From Bacilli bacterium (GTDB lineage: Bacteria > Bacillota_I > Bacilli_A > RF39 > UBA660), in contig JAFQSD010000004.1 of the NCBI GenBank assembly GCA_017409785.1, positions 130,910-194,909 on the forward strand: a stretch of DNA of 64,000 bases, in the 5' to 3' direction. The translations under genes and the position numbers were made by a program. Numbering within the stretch: the stretch's first letter is position 1; every line of letters begins with the position of its first letter. The notes under the pieces are model-generated. The model worked only from the letters and a program-made list of their open reading frames with translations. It was not told the origin of the DNA and did no database searches. Of the stretch, positions 19,733 through 27,580 are shown piece after piece.

Positions 19733-20224
19733 ATGAACAAAGGAATGTTAACAGTAGGAATTATCATGTTAAGTCTAATGGCACTATTATTAATCAATGT
19801 CATTAGTAACTACTCAACTGGTGGAGAATTAGACTACTACCTAGTAAAAGAAACAACAGAGGCTGCAATGGAAGATGCCATTGACCTTGAATATTACAGA
19901 ATGAATTCATTATTAAGAATCGACAAAGAGAAGTTCGTAGAGAGCTTCCTTCGTCGATTTGCCGATAATGTCGATAATACACGTTCATACACAGTGAGCT
20001 TCTATGATATTAATGAAGTTCCACCAAAAGTAAGTGTAAAAGTTGATTCTCATACAGTATTAAGTTTCTCAGGTTCAGCAGCAAATATTTCAACAAATAT
20101 TGATGCAATTCTAGAAACAGATTACGAAGAAGATAAATACACTGAAAAAGTATTATCAGATCCAGATAACGATGCTGGATATGGAATCGGTGATAGAAGT
20201 AATAGTGCGAAAGGAGCAGAATAA
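19733..20224 (+). CDS. Bitopic membrane protein with a pseudopilin-like (TadE/TadF-like?) N-terminus.
   Basis: N-terminal hydrophobic segment MNKGMLTVGIIMLSLMALLLINVISNY. First gene of the Tad-like module. Confidence 0.3.
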   Translation: MNKGMLTVGIIMLSLMALLLINVISNYSTGGELDYYLVKETTEAAMEDAIDLEYYRMNSLLRIDKEKFVESFLRRFADNVDNTRSYTVSFYDINEVPPKVSVKVDSHTVLSFSGSAANISTNIDAILETDYEEDKYTEKVLSDPDNDAGYGIGDRSNSAKGAE

Positions 20225-20226
20225 AA

Positions 20227-21033
20227 ATGGGGAATCTTAGTACAGGAATAAAAAAGTTCTTACAAAACAAGAATACCGTAACAGTACTTGGAGTTGTTGT
20301 TGCAATCATCATATTATATGTTGCATACAATATGCGTGTTCAATCAGCAATTAATCCAATTAATGTTCCATATGCTAAAGAACAAATTTCACCTGGTACA
20401 CAAATTACAGCAAACATGGTTGGAACAAGAGCTGTACCACCATCAATGCTTGAAGGAGATGTAATCACATCTCAAAGTGCTGTAATTGATAAGTATTCTA
20501 GTGCTGATACAGTAATACCTGCAGGAAGTCTATTCTATGCAAGAACTGTAGTAGAAAAAGAACAATTACCTGCAAATATTATTCTTACTTATCCAAAAGG
20601 ATATGTATTATATAATATGTCAGTTACAACATCAACAACATATGGAAACTCAGTTTATCCAGGAAACTATATTGATATTTACTTAAAAGCAGTAAATAAA
20701 ATTGGTGAAGACGAAGAAATGACTGCTGATGCTGATAAAATCATGTTAGGAAAACTAATGTCTAACGTTAAAGTTTTAGCAGTAAAAGATTCTTCTGGAC
20801 AAGCAGTTTTCTCAAATCTAGATGAAAAAAGAACACCTGCAATGATCGTATTTGCAGTACCAGAAGAATATTATATTTTACTTAAAAAAGCAGAATATTT
20901 AAGAACATATGATTCAACACTAATCCCAGTTCCAACAAACGAAAGTTTAAAAGACGAACCAGGAGAATTAGAAATCAGTAGTGAATCATTAAAAGACTGG
21001 ATTAACAAAGTTACAGTTTGGACAGAATCATAA
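20227..21033 (+). CDS. cpaB: CpaB/RcpC-like SAF-domain Flp pilus assembly protein.
   Basis: N-terminal TM segment followed by a SAF-like segment VPYAKEQISPGTQITANMVGTRAVPPSMLEGDVI. Confidence 0.55.
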   Translation: MGNLSTGIKKFLQNKNTVTVLGVVVAIIILYVAYNMRVQSAINPINVPYAKEQISPGTQITANMVGTRAVPPSMLEGDVITSQSAVIDKYSSADTVIPAGSLFYARTVVEKEQLPANIILTYPKGYVLYNMSVTTSTTYGNSVYPGNYIDIYLKAVNKIGEDEEMTADADKIMLGKLMSNVKVLAVKDSSGQAVFSNLDEKRTPAMIVFAVPEEYYILLKKAEYLRTYDSTLIPVPTNESLKDEPGELEISSESLKDWINKVTVWTES

Positions 21034-21078
21034 AAAAGAAAAAAAGAATTACAAAAGAATTAAAGGGATGTGAGTTAG

Positions 21079-22470
21079 ATGAATGAAAATATATTTGATA
21101 AGTTAGACTTTGGTGCATTTCGTCCGTTACTAGACAACGATGATATTACCGATATTTCATATAGTAATGGGGGACAAATATGGATACGTTCTCTAACTCA
21201 AGGATCCCTAAGAGTAGAAATCGATGGTGCAACTCCAGAATTCGTTGAAAAACTAGCATTTCAATGTTCCAACGTTATGGGAACAACCTTCAATAATGCT
21301 AAGCCATTCTTAGATGCTGAATCTGCTGAGTTACGTATGAACTTCGTTCACCAATCAATTGCGACAAATGGAATTGCCTTAGTTATTCGTAAAACTCCAG
21401 CAAAAATCCGTTTGGAAAAAGAAAAATTGATTAAAGATGACTACTTCACAAGAGATATACATGACTTACTAATTAAATGTGTTCAAGGACACTGTAATGT
21501 CATGGTAGCAGGAGAAACTGGTTCCGGAAAAACAGAGTTCGTTAAGTACTTAGCCAGTCATACAAAAACAAGTGAAAAAATTATTACAATCGAAGATACA
21601 TTGGAACTTCACTTAGACAGAATCTTCCCACAAAGAGATATTGTTTCAATGAAGACCAACAATGTAGCAAGTTACTCAGATGTATTAGTTACTTGTATGC
21701 GTCAGAATCCAAAATGGATTCTACTTTCCGAAGTACGTAGTGCAGAAGCGGTTTCTGCAGTACGTAACTCAATTTCATCAGGACACAACATTTTATCTAC
21801 AATCCACGCTGACAAAGCATCAGCTATTCCATATCGTCTATATTCATTAATGGAAACTGACTTAGATGTACATCAATTCTTATCAACAATTTATCGTTAT
21901 ATTCAATTAGGTGTACATATTAAAGCTTACTACAGTAAAGAAAGAGGAAAATTCCATCGTGAATTAGATGAAGTGTGTGAATTCTATGTAGATGATGATA
22001 ATGTTCCACAATCTAGAATAATTTATCAAAAAATATTTGGTAAAAATCCAGTAATGAGAAAACCAAGTGATCATTTACTTCAATTCTTAGAAAATCAAAA
22101 TATTGATGTAAGTGCTATTGTTGATAAATTACCTGATGATATGCCATTTAAAGAACAAGAAGAAATTAAGTTAGAAAATGATCAAGACAATCAAACAACT
22201 GCTCAACCAGAAGCAACAAGTGAAACACCAGCAATAGAAAACAAACCAGTAGAAGAGCCAAAATTGGTTGAAGAAAAAAAAGAAGTAGTACAACCAGAAC
22301 AACCAACATTGCAACCACTTAATGAATCACCTCAACCAACACAACCTGCTCCTCAATTAGTTGCACAACCAAGCGAGCCAGTACAACAAGTAACACAACA
22401 ACCTGTACAACAACCAGCTCAACCGCAAGTACAACAACCAGCAGTTACTAAATTAGATAGTCTATCATAA
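21079..22470 (+). CDS. cpaF: CpaF/TadA-type (VirB11 superfamily) secretion ATPase with a Pro/Gln-rich C-terminal extension.
   Basis: Walker A motif VMVAGETGSGKTEF, Walker B/Asp box ITIEDTLEL, His box STIHADKA, and WILLSEVRSAEA. The C-terminal ~100 aa are QP/PQ-rich low complexity. Confidence 0.8.
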   Translation: MNENIFDKLDFGAFRPLLDNDDITDISYSNGGQIWIRSLTQGSLRVEIDGATPEFVEKLAFQCSNVMGTTFNNAKPFLDAESAELRMNFVHQSIATNGIALVIRKTPAKIRLEKEKLIKDDYFTRDIHDLLIKCVQGHCNVMVAGETGSGKTEFVKYLASHTKTSEKIITIEDTLELHLDRIFPQRDIVSMKTNNVASYSDVLVTCMRQNPKWILLSEVRSAEAVSAVRNSISSGHNILSTIHADKASAIPYRLYSLMETDLDVHQFLSTIYRYIQLGVHIKAYYSKERGKFHRELDEVCEFYVDDDNVPQSRIIYQKIFGKNPVMRKPSDHLLQFLENQNIDVSAIVDKLPDDMPFKEQEEIKLENDQDNQTTAQPEATSETPAIENKPVEEPKLVEEKKEVVQPEQPTLQPLNESPQPTQPAPQLVAQPSEPVQQVTQQPVQQPAQPQVQQPAVTKLDSLS

Positions 22471-22485
22471 TAGAAAGGAGTTTGT

Positions 22486-23388
22486 ATGTATTTAGAAGAG
22501 TTATTAATAATTATAGTAATTATAGTTGGTATTTTCTTATACAGAAATTACAAAGGACAAAATGTTGGTAAATTTATTACTGAACAAGTAACAACAATCT
22601 ATGAAAAATACGCACCATTCTCCTTTAAAGTTGTTAGAGAAAAAGCCAAAGAATTAGGACAAGAGTATAGTACAAAACAATATATTATGCAAATATGTTT
22701 ATTTGCAGGAGGAGCTGCAGCCATAAGCTACTTATACTTTTACAACATTGTTATAAGTTTATTCTATGCTGTAATTGCCGTTACTTTTGTTCCTTATCTA
22801 GCATACTTAAGATGTAAAAGAGTATATAGTGAATTTATTTTTGAGCAAATCCAAGTATATACATCAAACGTAATTATGGAATTTGCTACAACTCAATCAT
22901 TTGTTAAGTCATTAGAAGGAGTTAGAAATTCAGGAATCTTAGAAGATCCAGTTCTAAGTGACGTTAATCACATGATTGAATTATCTTATGACAATGGTAC
23001 TATTGATGAAGCCTTAGCATATATGAGTGAATTATATCCATATTATATAGTTAAGAATATGCATCAATTATTCTTACAAATTACAAAAGAAGGTGCTCGT
23101 AACTCAGCAGATTCACTTGATAACATGCAACTTGATATCGACATGTTAATTGAAAGTGTATATCGTGACCGTATTGAAAGAGCATCATTCCACAAAAACT
23201 TCTTAACATTCGGATTTACATTATATTTACTTGTAATGTTAGTTCAACTCCTACTAGGAAATGAAAGTTATATCATTCTACTAGAAAGATGGTATATCCA
23301 AGTATTATTACATGCAGTAATTGTTGTTAATACATATTTCCTTTTAAAAGGAGAAAAATACTATAATGAGAATGTAGGTGCTGAATAA
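22486..23388 (+). CDS. tadB: TadB-like (T2SSF/GspF-domain) pilus assembly inner-membrane protein.
   Basis: About 300 aa with N-terminal and C-terminal TM pairs flanking a cytoplasmic alpha-helical domain. Adjacent to cpaF. Confidence 0.5.
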   Translation: MYLEELLIIIVIIVGIFLYRNYKGQNVGKFITEQVTTIYEKYAPFSFKVVREKAKELGQEYSTKQYIMQICLFAGGAAAISYLYFYNIVISLFYAVIAVTFVPYLAYLRCKRVYSEFIFEQIQVYTSNVIMEFATTQSFVKSLEGVRNSGILEDPVLSDVNHMIELSYDNGTIDEALAYMSELYPYYIVKNMHQLFLQITKEGARNSADSLDNMQLDIDMLIESVYRDRIERASFHKNFLTFGFTLYLLVMLVQLLLGNESYIILLERWYIQVLLHAVIVVNTYFLLKGEKYYNENVGAE

Positions 23389-24194
23389 TGGAAGTATTAA
23401 TTATTGGAGCAATCATATTATTTGTATTAGTATATAACAATACCATTGATAAGAATAAGTTCTTCGCAGATAATGAAAAATATCTAGAATCATTAAAAGA
23501 AAAAGATTATGAGTTCCTAGTATATGCAAGATATGGAGATCAAGTTGATGTTAAACAACTATATATGCAAAGAGTTACATATGCACTTATAACATTCTTC
23601 ATTGTATTAGGATTTGCAGTTAGTGGAGGAAATCAAGATAAACTTGGTTCAGAGTTCTTCCTATATTTAGCAATAGCTGCAGTAGTAGCCTTTATAGTTT
23701 TTAAATCATCATATACCCAATTAAAAGGTTATTATAAAAAACACTTACATGAAATTGACGTTATGTTACCATACTATTTAAAGAGTTTGGAAATCTTAAT
23801 CCAACACTATACAGTTCCAGTAGCATTAGGTAAGTCAATAGACGATGCTCCTGAAATATTTAAACCAGGATTAAGAAAATTAATTGATCGTATCAATGCC
23901 GGAGATTCAACAATTGATCCTTACATGGAATTTGCAAATACATATCCTGTAAGAGATTCAATGCGTATGATGCGTCTATTATATCGTCTTGGATTAGGTT
24001 CACAAGAAAAGAAACAAGAACGTTTAATGATGTTTTCAAGAACTGTTTCAACACTACAAAACAAAGCTCGTGAAACAAAATATAAAGAACGTTTAGGATT
24101 CATGGAATCTCAAACTATGGTAATGTTAGTTGTTACCGGAGTTGGTGTAATGTTAATTATTTTAATCTCAATGATGATGATGTTCAGTATGTAA
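23388..24194 (+). CDS. tadC: TadC-like (T2SSF/GspF-domain) pilus assembly inner-membrane protein.
   Basis: Same architecture as ORF 22486. ATGA start/stop overlap with tadB. Confidence 0.5.
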   Translation: MEVLIIGAIILFVLVYNNTIDKNKFFADNEKYLESLKEKDYEFLVYARYGDQVDVKQLYMQRVTYALITFFIVLGFAVSGGNQDKLGSEFFLYLAIAAVVAFIVFKSSYTQLKGYYKKHLHEIDVMLPYYLKSLEILIQHYTVPVALGKSIDDAPEIFKPGLRKLIDRINAGDSTIDPYMEFANTYPVRDSMRMMRLLYRLGLGSQEKKQERLMMFSRTVSTLQNKARETKYKERLGFMESQTMVMLVVTGVGVMLIILISMMMMFSM

Positions 24195-24210
24195 ACAATA
24201 CAAAAAAAAG

Positions 24211-24239
24211 TTGTTTAGTAGATTTTAATTTGCTATAAT
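24211..24239 (+). promoter_or_regulatory. Candidate sigma-A promoter (TTGTTT-17-TATAAT) dedicated to the small pilin-like gene.
   Basis: TTGTTT at 24211-24216 and TATAAT at 24234-24239, 32 nt upstream of the ATG at 24272. Confidence 0.4.
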
Positions 24240-24271
24240 TAAATTATGATAACGAAAGGATGGGATAATAA

Positions 24272-24439
24272 ATGAAAGATGCGACAGGTGAATTAAACTT
24301 AACAGTAATCACATTAGTAGCTATCGCTGCAGTTATTGGATTCTTCTGGGTAATGTGGCCAAATATTCAAAATGCCTTAAATACTCAATGGTCTAATATC
24401 AGTAGTGGAGGACCTGCTACAATCATAGTAGAAAGATAA
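24272..24439 (+). CDS. flp: 55-aa Flp/pilin-like small hydrophobic protein, absent from the ORF track.
   Basis: MKDATGELNLTVITLVAIAAVIGFFWVMWPNIQNALNTQWSNISSGGPATIIVER: a short polar leader ending in Gly, then a hydrophobic helix. AAGGATGGG RBS and its own promoter. It has no E at +5, so it is not a canonical G/XXXXEY Flp. Confidence 0.4.
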   Translation: MKDATGELNLTVITLVAIAAVIGFFWVMWPNIQNALNTQWSNISSGGPATIIVER

Positions 24440-24458
24440 CAAAAAGAGGGTGTTTTAA

Positions 24459-24914
24459 ATGCGTGATGCTTTTGGAGGAGTTGCCAACTTAGTTATTATA
24501 GTTGTATTCCTTACTTTAGTTTCTGGATATTTAGCGTTTAACGTTAACTATACCAAAGCATTCAGAGTTAAGAATAAAATAATTTCTTTATATGAACAAT
24601 ATGAAGGAGAACAATGTTACCACAACGATACAAGTGAATGTAATATTAAAATTCGTGACTATATGAATGCACTTGGATACGATGCTCCATATCTAAATCT
24701 AGAAGGATACAATTGTTATTATGGATATTGTGCAAAAAAATTTGAAACTGAAAAAGTAGATGACAGCGTAACGGGTGACACTAAGAAAAAAGCGTATTAC
24801 AACATTGTAACGCAAATAAATATTGATATTCCTATTATTAATAAGATACTACCGGGATTGAAAATATTTCAAATAGCCGGTGATACAAAACCAATCGTAA
24901 TTGGAATTGGCTAA
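24459..24914 (+). CDS. TadE-like pseudopilin (putative minor pilin).
   Basis: N-terminus MRDAFGGVANLVIIVVFLTLVSGYLAF: a short leader with GG then a hydrophobic helix. Cys-containing extracellular part. AGAGGGTG RBS. Confidence 0.35.
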   Translation: MRDAFGGVANLVIIVVFLTLVSGYLAFNVNYTKAFRVKNKIISLYEQYEGEQCYHNDTSECNIKIRDYMNALGYDAPYLNLEGYNCYYGYCAKKFETEKVDDSVTGDTKKKAYYNIVTQINIDIPIINKILPGLKIFQIAGDTKPIVIGIG

Positions 24915-24931
24915 AAAGAGGGTGATACTGA

Positions 24932-26002
24932 GTGAACGTAATAGTTTCAAATGAACAACAAAGTCAAACAGCTAATTTAGATGTCGATATAATTAAAAGT
25001 ATTACTGGAGCATATAGTTCAATTGAACTAGTAGAAATGTTTAAGAATTTCTTCTACAGTAAAATGGTTTTAGATGTAACATCTATTAAAAATTATCAAA
25101 ATATCTTAGAATATAAAACATTAGCTGATGGATTAGATCCAGATAAAATTATTTTCTTTATTCCAGAAGGAAGTAGTTTATGTACACCTAACTTTCTAGC
25201 TAAACTAGTAACGTTGGGAATATATAATTTCACAACTAATATAGATGGAGTAAAATATTTATTAAAAAAATCAAACACATTTAATGATGTAGCTCACATT
25301 CAACAAATGGGCGGTGGTGTTATTGAAGAACTTCAACAACCACCACAACCAGACCCTGCGGAACAAGGGGCTCAAACTCAACAAGGAACTTTTGTAGCTC
25401 CGGCACATCATGTTCAAGTTCAGCAAGGAAGTATGGCTAGAACAATAAAAATTGGTGTACGTAATGTTACAGACCATGCAGGAGCAACAAGTTTGATATA
25501 TATGTTCAAAAAAGAACTTACATCAGTATTTGGTGAAAGTAACGTTGTTGCAATAGAAATTAATAAAAATGATTTTCAATTCTATAATGATAAGAATATG
25601 ATATCAACAACAACTAATGACATAAAGACAGTTATTGAAAGATATAATGGAGTATCTGTACTGTTAATAGATTTAAATGATTTTGAAGATAACACAATTT
25701 GTGATGATGTTCTATATTTATTAGAGCCAAGTACTTTAAAATTAAATAAGTTAATTAGAAAGAATAAACATATTTTTGGTAAAATAAAAGATAAAAAAAT
25801 TGTATTCAATCAAAGTTTATTAACTAGTAAAGATATAAGTGAGTTAGAATACGAAGCGGGAATCAAATCCTTCTTTAATCTACCTCCAGTTAATGATAGA
25901 AAGAAAAACGAAATAGTAACAGAATTACTTGCAAAACTTGGATTATTACAAATTACAGGTGGCAATAATTCTGGTAAAATATTTGGTCTATTTAGACGTT
26001 AA
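24932..26002 (+). CDS. TadZ/CpaE-like protein: a pseudo-receiver N-domain plus a ParA/MinD-like domain with a degenerate P-loop.
   Basis: GTG start with AAGAGGGTGA RBS. The second half has IKIGVRNVTDHAGATSLIYMF where ParA has KGGVGKTT, and VLLIDLND is a Walker-B-like box. Confidence 0.35.
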   Translation: MNVIVSNEQQSQTANLDVDIIKSITGAYSSIELVEMFKNFFYSKMVLDVTSIKNYQNILEYKTLADGLDPDKIIFFIPEGSSLCTPNFLAKLVTLGIYNFTTNIDGVKYLLKKSNTFNDVAHIQQMGGGVIEELQQPPQPDPAEQGAQTQQGTFVAPAHHVQVQQGSMARTIKIGVRNVTDHAGATSLIYMFKKELTSVFGESNVVAIEINKNDFQFYNDKNMISTTTNDIKTVIERYNGVSVLLIDLNDFEDNTICDDVLYLLEPSTLKLNKLIRKNKHIFGKIKDKKIVFNQSLLTSKDISELEYEAGIKSFFNLPPVNDRKKNEIVTELLAKLGLLQITGGNNSGKIFGLFRR

Positions 26003-26005
26003 TAT

Positions 26006-26034
26006 TTGACAAAAAAAATGATATAATGTATTAT
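26006..26034 (+). promoter_or_regulatory. Candidate sigma-A promoter (TTGACA-17-TATTAT) upstream of the pilin-like gene 26057.
   Basis: TTGACA at 26006-26011 and TATTAT at 26029-26034. An alternative -10 is TGATATAAT. Confidence 0.35.
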
Positions 26035-26056
26035 ATACATTGAAGGAGAGGTTTGT

Positions 26057-26377
26057 ATGTTAGAATTAGTTCAATTAGCTTCAGCATGTGGAGGATTAGA
26101 CCCACTAGTAAGTTTAGTTAAAAACGGGTTGTTCCCAATCGTATATATTATTATTCCAATTGCATTACTTATTTATGCAGTTATCGATTTTGGTAAGGCA
26201 GTAATTGCAAGTGATGAAAAAGAAGTTAAAGCAGCACAAAGTAGATTAATCAAACGTGCAATTTATGCAGCACTAATTTTCTTCGTAGTATTCCTAGTTA
26301 AAGCAATTATGGATGTAGTTGCTAAAGGTGGAACTGGAAATACTGGAGATTGGTGGTCTTGCTGGGAATCAGTATAA
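26057..26377 (+). CDS. Two-helix hairpin membrane protein, a VirB2/TrbC-like T4SS pilin candidate.
   Basis: The 106-aa sequence ...PIVYIIIPIALLIYAVIDFGKAVIASDEKEVKAAQSRLIKRAIYAALIFFVVFLVKAIMDVV... is paralogous to the N-domain of ORF 5244 and to the C-domain of ORF 26470. Confidence 0.45.
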   Translation: MLELVQLASACGGLDPLVSLVKNGLFPIVYIIIPIALLIYAVIDFGKAVIASDEKEVKAAQSRLIKRAIYAALIFFVVFLVKAIMDVVAKGGTGNTGDWWSCWESV

Positions 26378-26469
26378 TATAGACAGTAAAATAAAAAATA
26401 GTAAATAAATTGCTATTTTTTTTTTCTTCTGATATACTTAATATGTTATAATGTATTTGGAGTGATCTT

Positions 26470-27552
26470 ATGAAAAAAAAGCAACTATTTGGTTTGATTT
26501 TATTAATGTTAATAACATTATTTATACCAAATAACATCAATGCAAAAGAGAAAAAAGTAATTTGTGAATATCAATATAAAAACCAAGAATTAATTTATAC
26601 AATTGATAATAAAGTAATTCTTCCATTTGAGGATGGAAAAGACAATTGGTATCATGGACAAGATTTTAAAAATAACTATTTGAAAAATTCAAAAATAAAT
26701 AGCAATACTTATGTATGTCCAACAATAACAATTGAAGAATCTGATAGTTTTATAACAATATTTAATAATCCAAGAAGTGAAGATGAGTGTAGTGGAGTAT
26801 GTACAACTCTATCAGCAATAAACTATCAGTCAAGTAAAAATATAAATGTTAAAAAAGCAGTAGATACTACTGCTATTAGTAGTGTAGGAATTTATAATCA
26901 AGATAATTACTTTATTCCATATTTTAGATTATTAGAAGACGGTACAAAAGAATGGTCAGTTGATGGAATTAATTACAAGCCAGTAACTGAAAAAGTAGAA
27001 AATGACAAACTAGAAATAAGTTTAGATAAGTCATTAATTGAAGAAATTTATCAAGATAAAAACTTAAATAAAAATGTCACAATATATAGAAATGTAAAAA
27101 ATGATAATAACAAATATATCTATTTATTAGCAACACATAAAGTATCTGGTTACAATTTAAATGACGGACAAGAAACTAGTGCTAGAGCATATCATGCTGC
27201 ATATGGTGACCCAGACATAGATGAGTGGTTAGAAGATTATAATCAAAACCAAGATTGTTCTGGAGATAATAGTATTCTAGGAAGTTATAACGACCCTAAC
27301 TCAGTAGCATACTTCCTACAAATAATATTTAATTGGTTAAAACTTATTGGTCCATTTATAGTTATAGTTATGAGTGGTATAGATTTTGCTAAAGTAATCG
27401 TAATGGGTGATGATGATGGAATGAAGAAAGCTCAAACAAAATTAATCATCAGATTAATTCTTGCAGCATGTTTATTCTTCTTACCAGATTTAATCAAAGC
27501 ATTCTTAGACTTATTCAATATTACATCAAGTGGAATCTGTGGATTACAATAG
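26470..27552 (+). CDS. Secreted protein with a ~270-aa ectodomain fused to a C-terminal pilin-like two-helix domain.
   Basis: Signal peptide MKKKQLFGLILLMLITLFIPNNINA. The C-terminus GIDFAKVIVMGDDDGMKKAQTKLIIRLILAACLFFLPDLIKAFLDLF matches the ORF 26057 family. Confidence 0.45.
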   Translation: MKKKQLFGLILLMLITLFIPNNINAKEKKVICEYQYKNQELIYTIDNKVILPFEDGKDNWYHGQDFKNNYLKNSKINSNTYVCPTITIEESDSFITIFNNPRSEDECSGVCTTLSAINYQSSKNINVKKAVDTTAISSVGIYNQDNYFIPYFRLLEDGTKEWSVDGINYKPVTEKVENDKLEISLDKSLIEEIYQDKNLNKNVTIYRNVKNDNNKYIYLLATHKVSGYNLNDGQETSARAYHAAYGDPDIDEWLEDYNQNQDCSGDNSILGSYNDPNSVAYFLQIIFNWLKLIGPFIVIVMSGIDFAKVIVMGDDDGMKKAQTKLIIRLILAACLFFLPDLIKAFLDLFNITSSGICGLQ

Positions 27553-27580
27553 TTTAAAGCAAAAAAGAGGTGATTAGTAA

